Shown: positions 37,440-46,583, counted from the first letter of the stretch. The stretch: 64,000 nt of DNA from Vampirovibrionales bacterium (GCA_035285165.1 JAYKHP010000023.1:20152-84151), one strand, 5' to 3'. Made by a program: numbers and translations. Notes: generated by a model from the letters alone, not told the origin.

Positions 37440-38375
37440 TTAAAACGGAAGCATCGCTTCCTCGAACCCTTCGGGTTCAAGCTGTACGGTAATATGGCAA
37501 AAACCGAAACGTTCGCGTAATTGCTGTTCAATATGCGTGGCCGTATCAAAGACGAAATGCTCGCCTGCAACGGTGGTATGCACCAATAAAGCGTCTTTTC
37601 CGGTGGTAATCGTCCAGACGTGCAGATCGTGAACGTCTTTGACGTTGGGTAACGACAGCAAAAAGCGCTCGACGGCATTAAGATCTATGGAACGCGGAGC
37701 GGCTTCAAGCAGGATGTGCAATGCTTCAGCCAGAATGCGAATAGCGTTGCTGAAAACCAGAAGCGCAATCAGGATGGACAAGGCCAAATCGAGCCACAGC
37801 CAATGGGTGAACCAGATAAGAATCGCTGAAATCAGGGTGCCCGCCGAGCCTGCCATATCCGTCATCACATGGAGATAGGCGCCCCGGATATTGAGGTTTC
37901 GGTTTTTCGACGGTTTAAGAATGCCCAGGGAAAAAAGGTTTAAAATCAGCCCGATGCTGGCAACGGCAATCATCAGACCGCTGTCAATCTCGTGGTGATG
38001 GCCCGAAAGCCGCTCAACGGCCTCCTTAATAATTTCAGCACAAACCAGCAGCAACACCAGGGCATTTCCAAGTGCTACAAGAATCTCAGCCCTCCCAAAG
38101 CCGAAGGTGCGATGCTCGGTAGACGCTCGTGTGGCAAGCCAGGCGGCTATCAACGCCAGGGCGATGGCCAGCATGTCGCTGAACTTGTGCCCCGCTTCGG
38201 CCATCAGGGCCAGACTGCCTGAAAAGTAGCCCCCGGCAAGCTGAAGCAGCAAATAGCCTATCGAAATAAACAGAACACCTCTCAGCCGCTTGATATTGTC
38301 ACTGGAAAGCCCTTCGGCCAGACCCTCGTGATGATGGTGGTGGTGAAGGTGATGGTGGCCGTGACGACATTCCAT
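37440..38375 (-). CDS. cation diffusion facilitator (CzcD/ZitB-type) transporter
   Basis: His-rich N-terminus MECRHGHHHLHHHHHHEG, six TM helices, HVMTDMAGS in TM5, and a C-terminal cytoplasmic domain HDLHVWTITTG. Confidence 0.9.
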   Translation of the reverse strand: MECRHGHHHLHHHHHHEGLAEGLSSDNIKRLRGVLFISIGYLLLQLAGGYFSGSLALMAEAGHKFSDMLAIALALIAAWLATRASTEHRTFGFGRAEILVALGNALVLLLVCAEIIKEAVERLSGHHHEIDSGLMIAVASIGLILNLFSLGILKPSKNRNLNIRGAYLHVMTDMAGSAGTLISAILIWFTHWLWLDLALSILIALLVFSNAIRILAEALHILLEAAPRSIDLNAVERFLLSLPNVKDVHDLHVWTITTGKDALLVHTTVAGEHFVFDTATHIEQQLRERFGFCHITVQLEPEGFEEAMLPF

Positions 38376-38463
38376 GAAGAGGGATCCTGATAAGACAAAT
38401 CAAATGAACGCCTTTCATCATCCCGTGAAAGAAAGGGGATGGCGGGACGAATGAGCGTTCCCT

Positions 38464-38476
38464 TTACATAATGTAA
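38464..38476. promoter_or_regulatory. 13-bp palindrome upstream of the CDF transporter (candidate operator)
   Basis: TTACATAATGTAA is perfectly palindromic around its central base. It lies 89-101 nt upstream of the CDF start codon. Confidence 0.25.
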
Positions 38477-39300
38477 CAATTTGGGTTGGTTTAGCTTAAA
38501 CCTTTACCTGGAAGGGGGTCAAGGCGCTTTTCTGTTTTTAAAAATATATAAAATTATTTAGATAATCAAAAAATAGGTTTATATCAAATCAGTTTTGTAC
38601 TTTTAAAGCTTGTAAGAACGCGCGCGTTACGCAATGGTCTGAACGGTGTAAGCAGTTCATTTTTATTTCCAGCTCAGCAATGAATTTGTAAAAGCCTTTA
38701 GACAAAACGCTTTGCGGCCCACGAGCCTGTCCTGCAAACGCCCAAAATTGCGCTATATTCCCGGTTATGAAGATGAAATTTTTTTCATTTATTCACAAAA
38801 ACGTTGTCAATTTCCCGTAGTGCATAGTAAAGTGAAGTGCATCTGAATACTGAAGGGCATCTGAATGCTTTTGTAACGTATTTAGGATTATGTTTATTGC
38901 TTGAACACCTTATGGTTTGCGTACAACGCTCATCACCACTGGCGATAAGCTTTTCAAATATTTTTTTAGCCATTAAACGCAGTTGTTAGCAGGCATCCAG
39001 CATCAGATCCATCCCTTCTTAGCGCTTTTTGGCGCAATATCAGTTCAAAAGATGCCAAATATCCCGGCATCCATCCGTTACTAAACCTGGCGCTGAGGAT
39101 TGGCGTCACTGTTCCCTCAGGTTAATACAAGTTTATTTAAGGGCATCCGGCACACATCCCGTGAAACCAAACGTACCGGAACACTGCCCCCCTGTCTGAG
39201 TAAACCACCAGCCCGCCACACGCTCCTGTGCACTTGTGGCACCTAAACTGAGTCTAAAAACTGGCTGGCCTCACGACTGGGTGAAATAGGAGAGTACATT

Positions 39301-40473
39301 TTGAAATCAGTAAAACGCAACGCTTTCATCGCAGCCGGTGTCTTCCTGTATGTTGTAAACGCCTTCTTCCCCATTAGCGGTATCGCCGAGAGCATTGCCT
39401 CAAACACCCTGGATCCTCGCCCTTCAGTTTCGGGTGGGGTTCAAGCCACTACGGACATCGGCGTCAACAGCGAGACACTCCAATATTTCATGCTTGATAA
39501 CGCCGAGGCTGATATTGAGTCTTCGGGTACTCAGCCAGAACCCCTGAATCGCATGATGGATCAGGCGATGTTTGAGCCCCTGATGCTTCCCGGTATCAAC
39601 CGCGAAGCCGACTCCGTAGACACCTATCTGCTTGAAAGCGCCAAAGGCGATCCGTATGCCATTAAAATCCAGCGCCAGGCAGAATCAGGCTTTGCCAGCA
39701 TTTTTATTAACGACCAGGAAGTCATGAAATTCCGTTCCGGCTATGATGTGCTGGATCCTTATGACCGCGCCCACCTGGTGGCCCAAAGGCTGTATAGCCA
39801 AATCAACCATTTTAGCGGGAGTGACCCCAAGGCGGCTGGCATTCTTCCGGCGCAAGACGACGGGCAATATGTCATTAAAGTTGGGGACGAAATCCTGGTC
39901 ACCGTTGATCACGATGCGGCCAGCGCCAATGGTAACTCAGAAAAAGGGCAGGCCATCGCGTGGACAAACCTGATTCGTAGCGCTCTTGGCTTTAAACCGT
40001 ATAAAGAACCCCTGCTTGACACGCTTGCCAATATTATCAGCTCGCCTGGCACCAGCAAGAAATACAAACTGCCGCTTTCCACCGCCTATTTCAAGGGCAC
40101 CGGTAAAGTTCAAAAAGGACAGGCCTCCTGGTACGGGCCAGGGTTTCACGGCAGACGCTCTTCCGATGGCAGCCGCTTTGATATGAACAAGATGACCGCG
40201 GCGCATCGCTACCTGCCCTTTGGCACTGTCTTACTCGTGAAGAACAACCGTAACGGCAAGCAATGCCTGGTTCAGATTACGGATCGCGGCCCTTTTGCCC
40301 ACGGCAGGATTCTTGATCTTTCAAAGGCAGCCGCCTCTTCCATTGGTATGCTCAGCTCGGGAACGGCGAACATAACCCTCGAGGTGCTTGCGCCCAATCC
40401 GAACAAACCCACTGACATTGCTACGCCTGGTCTGATTGGTGCTGCGGCCAATATCGACAGCGGCAAGAACTAA
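39301..40473 (+). CDS. rlpA: RlpA-like (septal ring lytic transglycosylase, DPBB domain) protein
   Basis: GQASWYGPGFHGRRSSDGSRFDMNKMTAAHRYLPFGTVLLVKNNRNGKQCLVQITDRGPFAHGRILDLSKAA. N-terminal signal sequence. TTG start as given in the track. Confidence 0.8.
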   Translation: MKSVKRNAFIAAGVFLYVVNAFFPISGIAESIASNTLDPRPSVSGGVQATTDIGVNSETLQYFMLDNAEADIESSGTQPEPLNRMMDQAMFEPLMLPGINREADSVDTYLLESAKGDPYAIKIQRQAESGFASIFINDQEVMKFRSGYDVLDPYDRAHLVAQRLYSQINHFSGSDPKAAGILPAQDDGQYVIKVGDEILVTVDHDAASANGNSEKGQAIAWTNLIRSALGFKPYKEPLLDTLANIISSPGTSKKYKLPLSTAYFKGTGKVQKGQASWYGPGFHGRRSSDGSRFDMNKMTAAHRYLPFGTVLLVKNNRNGKQCLVQITDRGPFAHGRILDLSKAAASSIGMLSSGTANITLEVLAPNPNKPTDIATPGLIGAAANIDSGKN

Positions 40474-40616
40474 AGCTTTTTACTTTTACTGTCTTTTAAA
40501 TTCCCAACCGACTTCAAAGCCGGTCATCCCTTGAGGGTGGCCGGTTTTTGGCGTATGGTAGAGCCTATGTCACTTCCCATCATCAGCAAAGCTTTATAAA
40601 GGATTTCGTGAGCCAG

Positions 40617-42155
40617 ATGTCGATCGTAGAAAACGCTGCCCCAAAGAAAGTGCCCGTCCGTGTCAGGATAGCCCCCAGCCCTACTGGAAATCTTCATGTG
40701 GGAACCGCAAGAACGGCCCTTTTTAATTATCTTTTTGCCAAGGCTCAGCAGGGCCAGTTTATCCTCAGAATTGAAGACACGGACAGTGAACGCTCAACGG
40801 CGGATTTTGAGCGCAATATCTACGACAGCCTTTTGTCTCTTGGCCTCTCCTGGGATGAAGGCCCATCGCCTGAGGGTGGAGAAGACAAAGGAAGCTACGG
40901 CCCCTACAAGCAAAGCCAGCGCGGCGAGTTTTATACCCGTTGGGCTAACGCGCTTAAATCGGCGGGCTTTGCTTATGATTGCTATTTGACTTCCGAAGAG
41001 CTCGATGCCGAGCGGGCGAAAGCCAAGCTTGAAAACCGGCCCTATGTTTACAGTGGCCGCTGCCGGGATCCCAAAGTGCGCGAAGAACTTGCGCAGGATC
41101 CTGCGCGCAAGGCGTCGCTTCGCTTTCGCATCCCTGATAATCGTGGCGTTCTGATTTTCAAGGATCATGTGCGCGACGAAGTGAGCTTCGACACCGATTT
41201 GATTGGTGATTTTGTCATCATGAAATCAGACGGCACCCCCACTTATAACTTTGCGGTGGTGATTGACGACTGGCTGATGCGCATCAGTCATATCATCCGG
41301 GGAGAAGATCATATTTCCAATACCCCCAAGCAGGTTTTAATCTATGAAGCCCTGCAGGCGCTTAAGCTTCCCGAAGGCACGCCGCCGGTTGTCATTCCGG
41401 AATTTGCCCATGTGGGTATGATTCTGGCGCCCGATCGCAGTAAGTTATCCAAGCGCCATGGGGCAACCGCTGTTTCGGAGTTTATCCAGCAGGGATATTT
41501 GCCCGAAGCCTTTTGCAATTTCTTGTCCCTTCTGGGCTGGGCTCCACCGGATGGGGAGGAGGTGGGAACGCTTGAGCATTTCGCCAGCCAGTTCAGCCTG
41601 GATCGCATTGCGCAAAGCCCTGCGATTTTCGATAAGGATAAGTTGCATTTTCTAAACAGCAAGCTGATTCGCTTGATGCCGTTGGAAGAATTGCTGGAGC
41701 GCGCCAAGCCTTATTTAAGCGATTTTGATTTGGGCCAATACCCCAAGGAAAAACTGCTGATGATTCTTGATGCGGTGCGCGAGCCGATTACCGTGCTGAG
41801 CGAATTGCCCGAATCGATGATATATTTCTTCGGCCAGAAAGTGATTTTGGATGCCCGTCTGGTGGGGGAGGTTCTAAGCGGGCCTGAGCCTGAACAGGTG
41901 CTCAAGGCGTTTCAAAATGACTTTCTTTCCAGTGCGGACTTCACTTCGCCTGAAGCGTTAGCCGAGCAGTTAAAGGCGTTTACAAAATCGCTTTCGCCGA
42001 TTAAGACCAAGACGATTATGTGGACTGTTCGCGCGGCGTTGACTGGTCGAACATCGGGAGCGGATCTTTCCAAAACGCTTTATATTTTGGGCAGGGATAT
42101 TATCCAAAGTCGCGTGGAGACCGCGCTGATTTTAGGCTCGTCCGTTACAAACTAA
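40617..42155 (+). CDS. gltX: glutamate--tRNA ligase
   Basis: RIAPSPTGNLHVGTARTALFNY (HIGH) and KLSKRHG (KMSKS). Preferred start is ATG 40617 (MSIVENAAPKK...); the ORF track starts at 40548. Confidence 0.95.
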   Translation: MSIVENAAPKKVPVRVRIAPSPTGNLHVGTARTALFNYLFAKAQQGQFILRIEDTDSERSTADFERNIYDSLLSLGLSWDEGPSPEGGEDKGSYGPYKQSQRGEFYTRWANALKSAGFAYDCYLTSEELDAERAKAKLENRPYVYSGRCRDPKVREELAQDPARKASLRFRIPDNRGVLIFKDHVRDEVSFDTDLIGDFVIMKSDGTPTYNFAVVIDDWLMRISHIIRGEDHISNTPKQVLIYEALQALKLPEGTPPVVIPEFAHVGMILAPDRSKLSKRHGATAVSEFIQQGYLPEAFCNFLSLLGWAPPDGEEVGTLEHFASQFSLDRIAQSPAIFDKDKLHFLNSKLIRLMPLEELLERAKPYLSDFDLGQYPKEKLLMILDAVREPITVLSELPESMIYFFGQKVILDARLVGEVLSGPEPEQVLKAFQNDFLSSADFTSPEALAEQLKAFTKSLSPIKTKTIMWTVRAALTGRTSGADLSKTLYILGRDIIQSRVETALILGSSVTN

Positions 42156-42172
42156 TAACAGGTTTTACGTTT

Positions 42173-42280
42173 CTATATTTTACGTTCTTCTTCGGGCTGG
42201 GTCAGGGGGATGGGCTCGCCGCATTTTTCGCAGTAATAATCCCCATCGGGCACGAATGCCCCGCAGTTTGGACACGTCAT
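42173..42280 (-). CDS. 35-aa zinc-ribbon mini-protein (below the ORF-track length cut-off)
   Basis: Hand translation gives MTCPNCGAFVPDGDYYCEKCGEPIPLTQPEEERKI, with two CxxC knuckles. It is convergent with gltX. Confidence 0.4.
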   Translation of the reverse strand: MTCPNCGAFVPDGDYYCEKCGEPIPLTQPEEERKI

Positions 42281-42363
42281 TGGCTGCCAACCTCTTCTCT
42301 GTTTTGATTAACCGGAACATCGCCCATCATAGCTGAACGCCGCTGCACGGTATACAATATTTA

Positions 42364-42498
42364 AATTTAGGTCGTGGGTCATTTTAAAAAAACGCTTGTT
42401 TTGCCCGCACCCCAGAAACCCACCATGCACCGTGATGATAATCATTTACATTTGGGGGCATTGCAAGCGTTTTTTTAAAATGACCCACGACCTAAATT
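42364..42498. repeat. perfect 35-bp inverted repeat with 65-bp spacer
   Basis: AATTTAGGTCGTGGGTCATTTTAAAAAAACGCTTG (42364-42398) is the exact reverse complement of 42464-42498. It sits in the divergent region between the zinc-ribbon ORF and pirin. Confidence 0.95.
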
Positions 42499-42598
42499 GC
42501 ACGTGTATTCTTAAGGTATTCTTAAGTCTTTCAAGCTTTGGCTCGTCCAATGCAATTATGAGAAAATATGACGCATCAACTAGAAAGAAACCCATGCC

Positions 42599-43342
42599 AT
42601 GATTACCCTGTTAAGACCCTCGGCTGAACGAGGCCGTACGAAAATCGACTGGCTTGATAGTTACCATACGTTTTCCTTTGGCGACTACCAGGACGCCAAG
42701 CATATGAACTTTGGCCACTTGCGTGTCATCAACGAAGACTGGGTCAAACCCGGGGAAGGCTTTGGCATGCATGGCCACCGCGATATGGAAATCATTACCT
42801 ACGTGCTGGAAGGCAAATTGGAGCACCGAGACAGCCTGGGCACCGGCTCCGTGATTCAGGCGGGGGATGTTCAGGTAATGAGCGCTGGAACCGGGGTTCG
42901 CCACAGCGAATTCAACGCTTCAAAAAGCGATCCGGTTCACCTGCTTCAAATCTGGATTATTCCTGACGAGCAAGGTCTTGCGCCGCGTTACGAGCAAAAG
43001 TCGATTGTTGATCCGAACAAGAAAAACCAATGGCAGCTTCTGGCTTCCCGCGACGGTAAAGACGGCTCAATCACCGTGTTTCAAGACTTAACGCTTTCTC
43101 AGGCGTTTATTGAAAAAGACCAGCAAATTAGTTACCAGCTTTCGCCCACTCGCCAGGCATGGTTGCAAGTGGTGTGCGGCAAAGTCGAGCTGGATGGCAA
43201 CATCTTAAGCGACGGGGACGGCGCTGGTATTTTAGGCAAGGCAGAGCAGGAAACCGTAACGTTTAAAGCACAGGAAGCGTCTGAAATTCTGCTTTTCGAC
43301 CTGGTTAAAACCGATGAAACCATCGCCTTTGAAGGTGATTAA
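42599..43342 (+). CDS. pirin family protein
   Basis: GFGMHGHRDMEIITYVLEGKLEHRDSLG ... GDVQVMSAGTGVRHSEFN (cupin metal-site pattern of pirins). Confidence 0.9.
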   Translation: MITLLRPSAERGRTKIDWLDSYHTFSFGDYQDAKHMNFGHLRVINEDWVKPGEGFGMHGHRDMEIITYVLEGKLEHRDSLGTGSVIQAGDVQVMSAGTGVRHSEFNASKSDPVHLLQIWIIPDEQGLAPRYEQKSIVDPNKKNQWQLLASRDGKDGSITVFQDLTLSQAFIEKDQQISYQLSPTRQAWLQVVCGKVELDGNILSDGDGAGILGKAEQETVTFKAQEASEILLFDLVKTDETIAFEGD

Positions 43343-43433
43343 ACCTAGACTTGAATTAAACTTAAGTTAAAAATGATTAATACGATGGCCGGCCTGAGTC
43401 ATATCGGGTCGGCTATATTATAATGCTGAGGTT

Positions 43434-45125
43434 ATGGCGCATTCCGATTTTTTACAACCGGTTTTGATTTTGCTGGCATCAGCCATCGTTTGCGTGGCGT
43501 TGGTGCAGAAACTCAAGCTGAGCCCTATCCTGGGCTATTTTTTGGCGGGCCTTGTCATTGGCCCTTTTGGCCTTGGGCTCATTGCCGACATTTCCCCTGT
43601 TGCAGCCCTTGCCGAAATTGGCGTGGCGTTTCTGCTGTTTGATATTGGCCTGCATTTGTCCTTTAAAACCATTTGGGAGTCGCGCAAGGATTTTTTCGCG
43701 CTTGGCCCGGCACAGGTTTTGGGGGCCTCAATTTTGATTGGGCTTGTGGCCTATGCCATTTTAAGGGATTTTACCGCAGCCTTTATCATTGGCAGCGGCT
43801 TGAGTCTCTCCTCAACGGCGGTTGCGATGCAGACGCTTCAGGAGTCCCACGAGCAGAACACGCCGCTTGGCCGTTCGGCGCTCGCCATTCTGATTGCCCA
43901 GGATATTTTCGTCGTCTTCCTGTTAATTCTAATGCCGAATTTAAACGCCCGCGCCGACGACCTGCTGCCTTTATTGGGCAGCGCGCTGCTGAAAGCGGTT
44001 GCCGCATTCGCTTTTGTCGCTTTTCTGGGCCGCTTTTTGCTGCGGCCGGTTTTTGAATGGATTACGGCCACTAAAAACAGCGAAATTTTTACCGCATCAG
44101 CCCTTCTGTTTGTTCTTGCGATGGCCTGGGGGGTTAGTCAATTGGGCCTCTCATTACCGCTGGGTGCTTTTTTAGCAGGGCTTGCCTTATCCGAAAGTGA
44201 TTTCTGCTACCTGGTCAAAACCGAAATTTATCCGTTTCGCGGTTTATTGCTCGGATTATTCTTTATCACGGTCGGAATGTCGTTAAACTGGCCCCTGGCG
44301 CTTCAATCGCTTGAAACGGTCGCCCTTCTGGTGCTGGGACTCTTCGTTCTAAAAGCAGTCGCTTTATGGGCCGCTTCTCGGCTGATGCGAAACTGCCAGG
44401 GATTTTCCATCCGGCTGGGGTTACTGCTGGCCCAGGGAAGCGAATTTGCGTTTTTACTGTTAACGCTTGCCGTTTCACAACGGATTCTATCGTCCGACAT
44501 TAGCCAACTGCTGCAAGTGGCCGTTGGTGTCAGCCTGGCGTTAACGCCCGCGCTGGCTGCCCTGGGCCGTCTAATTGCCCAGCGTATCGAGCGCGGAAAA
44601 ACTGATGTGCCGCTGCTTCTTGAAAGTGCGGTAGGATCAGAGACGAGAATTATCATCAGCGGCTTTGATGAGATTGGCCAGGAAATTGCAAAAGTGCTTG
44701 AAGCCGAGGGGATTGCCTATGTCGCATATGACAGTGATCGCGAGCGCATCGCACGAAGCAGAAGCAAGGGGTTTCAGGTGGAGTATTCGGATATGAACCG
44801 TCCTAAAACCGCCAGTACGGCAGCCACGGGTGGTGCCCACGCAGTGGTGGTGCTGTGGGATGATCCGGAAGTGTCGCTGTTCGTCGTGGATGCGATTAAG
44901 GCGATGGATACCGCCATTCCGGTCTATGCCGCCACGAACAATTTTCAGCTTTTTGAGCAATTGTCCATAAGGAACCTGGATGACGTGTTGATCAAGAATC
45001 ACGAGACGGCAAGCGTCATTGCGGCCAATTTGATGCGCTATCTGTCGTTTTCGGAAGAGAAAATTCAGGATCGCGTGGAGAAAATGCTCCGCGAACAACG
45101 CGCCTTGCAAGCCGTTGTGGCTTAA
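43434..45125 (+). CDS. CPA2-family cation:proton antiporter (Kef-type) with C-terminal RCK/TrkA-N-like domain
   Basis: Polytopic N-terminal ~390 aa (SPILGYFLAGLVIGPFGLG, typical of Kef/CPA2), followed by a soluble domain RIIISGFDEIGQEIAKVLEAEGIAYVAYDSD. Confidence 0.85.
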   Translation: MAHSDFLQPVLILLASAIVCVALVQKLKLSPILGYFLAGLVIGPFGLGLIADISPVAALAEIGVAFLLFDIGLHLSFKTIWESRKDFFALGPAQVLGASILIGLVAYAILRDFTAAFIIGSGLSLSSTAVAMQTLQESHEQNTPLGRSALAILIAQDIFVVFLLILMPNLNARADDLLPLLGSALLKAVAAFAFVAFLGRFLLRPVFEWITATKNSEIFTASALLFVLAMAWGVSQLGLSLPLGAFLAGLALSESDFCYLVKTEIYPFRGLLLGLFFITVGMSLNWPLALQSLETVALLVLGLFVLKAVALWAASRLMRNCQGFSIRLGLLLAQGSEFAFLLLTLAVSQRILSSDISQLLQVAVGVSLALTPALAALGRLIAQRIERGKTDVPLLLESAVGSETRIIISGFDEIGQEIAKVLEAEGIAYVAYDSDRERIARSRSKGFQVEYSDMNRPKTASTAATGGAHAVVVLWDDPEVSLFVVDAIKAMDTAIPVYAATNNFQLFEQLSIRNLDDVLIKNHETASVIAANLMRYLSFSEEKIQDRVEKMLREQRALQAVVA

Positions 45126-45165
45126 TACATGGCAGAGAGCGTCGAATTTTTTTCCTTGGTAACAC

Positions 45166-45387
45166 TTAGGTAATGGGGTGAAAGTGATGATACAGGCCCC
45201 ACATTAGGACGTAGAGGATCACGAGAGCGGGAACACCGATAATAAGGATCAACAAGCCCCAGAGCGGCCAGAGGAAAATAAGGATGGAAGCCAGACCAAA
45301 CCACTTGGCCAGACTTTTGCTTTGCGGGGTACTCAGCGGATCGATCCTGTCCGCCGGGCCCTCCAGCTCCTCTCGCTCACTGCTCAT
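45166..45387 (-). CDS. small membrane protein (two TM helices)
   Basis: 73-aa ORF with a charged N-terminus and two hydrophobic helices. No motif. Confidence 0.4.
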   Translation of the reverse strand: MSSEREELEGPADRIDPLSTPQSKSLAKWFGLASILIFLWPLWGLLILIIGVPALVILYVLMWGLYHHFHPIT

Positions 45388-45493
45388 TTATTGGATTCCT
45401 GATTAATGCCAGTTTTGAGTGCTTTTTCAGTTGTAATGTATTTATTTTACAATGACTATTTTGAAAAAACTATTTCCCCAGAGGGTGTGATGT

Positions 45494-45717
45494 TTAGCCG
45501 GGACGTTGTAAATACACTGCCTTAATTGTGTCATCATTAATTTCTGCATCCAATACTATTTCATGTGGCCCATAATAATCTTCTTTTAAAACATTTAATT
45601 CAATCTGTACTATCCTGGGAGACAAAGGCTCTACAACACCCCCTCGTATCCGTCCACAACAGCTATTGAATCCGGATCAAATTTTTGAAGCTGTTGGATA
45701 AGCTCCTGAACTTTCAT
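45494..45717 (-). pseudogene. small gene interrupted by a -1 frame change at a G5 run (pseudogene, sequencing error or frameshift site)
   Basis: Frame 0 reads MKVQELIQQLQKFDPDSIAVVDGYEGVL and then hits a stop at 45631-45633. The -1 frame continues from GAGGGGGTG as GVVEPLSPRIVQIELNVLKEDYYGPHEIVLDAEINDDTIKAVYLQRPG to a stop at 45494-45496. Confidence 0.4.
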
Positions 45718-45891
45718 TTGGATTTTCCTTAGAAATACGATTAAGCAGTTTAATCTATTGATTATCGTTCAGTACTTTCTGATATTAGAACGACTTACAC
45801 CAAACAAAAAAGCACGCTGACAAGATTCTCTTAAAAAAGAAGTAGCAAACTTTTAAAGATGCTAATATTCCCCGCAGGGATGAGGTTTAGG

Positions 45892-46137
45892 TTAAGGTAA
45901 AACTACAATTTGGAATGAGCCGAAACGCTTGTTCAAAAGCACCTTGAATAACCAGATACTAACCATAACCCCCCAGATAAGTCCAGACACAATATTAACA
46001 GTATGGCTTATATTAACGACTAAAGCTCTATCCAGCCCAATCACTAGACCTATAACAGCAATTGGAATTGTAAGCGCAATGCCAATAACGATGCCCCACC
46101 GACACCGAGCAGCAAGTGTCGCCAAGCAAATGACCAA
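45892..46137 (-). CDS. small hydrophobic protein
   Basis: 81-aa ORF in the AT-rich islet with 2-3 hydrophobic helices. No motif. Confidence 0.35.
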   Translation of the reverse strand: MVICLATLAARCRWGIVIGIALTIPIAVIGLVIGLDRALVVNISHTVNIVSGLIWGVMVSIWLFKVLLNKRFGSFQIVVLP

Positions 46138-46210
46138 TAGACTCTAGCCGCCATTCGCCACGAAATGATTAAAGGTTCCACACCAAATCTTTCAATATCA
46201 GGGCTTGTAA

Positions 46211-46414
46211 CTATTGTCTTAATTGGGCTTTCCAGTCATCTGTCAGCATACCGGCGTAACCCCAATCTTCCTCTTCAATTTCCTGAATCACAATATGAAT
46301 ATGTTCAGGTTTCTTTCCAAGATTTTGGACTAGGCTGTCCGTAATATCTTTCACCAGTGCGGATTTTTGAGTTCGGTCAGCGCCTTTTGTAATTTGAACA
46401 TTAACGTATGGCAT
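46211..46414 (-). CDS. 4-oxalocrotonate tautomerase family protein
   Basis: MPYVNVQITKGADRTQKSALVKDITDSLVQNLGKKPEHIHIVIQEI, with the catalytic Pro right after the initiator Met. The second of two tandem ATGs is preferred. Confidence 0.8.
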   Translation of the reverse strand: MPYVNVQITKGADRTQKSALVKDITDSLVQNLGKKPEHIHIVIQEIEEEDWGYAGMLTDDWKAQLRQ

Positions 46415-46463
46415 CAACCGTTCCTCTGCAACTATCGCTCTACTATAAGTTCGGGCACTTGCT

Positions 46464-46493
46464 AAAAAAACACCCGACCAAGGTGTTTTTTTT
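46464..46493. terminator. short hairpin flanked by A-run/T-run downstream of tRNA-Arg
   Basis: AAAAAAACACC-CGACCAA-GGTGTTTTTTTT. The stem is short, so this is only a candidate. Confidence 0.4.
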
Positions 46494-46506
46494 AAGTTTT
46501 AAAAAG

Positions 46507-46583
46507 TGGCGCGCTCGGAGAGATTCGAACTCCCGACCTCATGGTTCGTAGCCATGCACTCTATCCAACTGAGCTACGAGCGC
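46507..46583 (-). tRNA. tRNA-Arg (anticodon ACG), CCA encoded
   Basis: The reverse complement GCGCTCGTAGCTCAGTTGGATAGAGTGCATGGCTACGAACCATGAGGTCGGGAGTTCGAATCTCTCCGAGCGCGCCA folds as a cloverleaf. Anticodon stem is CATGG/CCATG with loop CTACGAA. The T-arm contains GGTTCGAATCC-like GAGTTCGAATCTC. Confidence 0.95.

Noticed and set aside
38785-38973. 62-aa ORF inside the 925-bp intergenic region.
   Set aside because: It lies in very AT-rich sequence, is Cys/Lys/Arg-rich, has no ribosome-binding site or motif, and is likely non-coding.
42396-42602. 68-aa ORF spanning the inverted-repeat spacer and running into the pirin start.
   Set aside because: It begins inside the left repeat arm, crosses the right arm, has implausible composition, and overlaps the well-supported pirin start. 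The palindrome explains the open frame.
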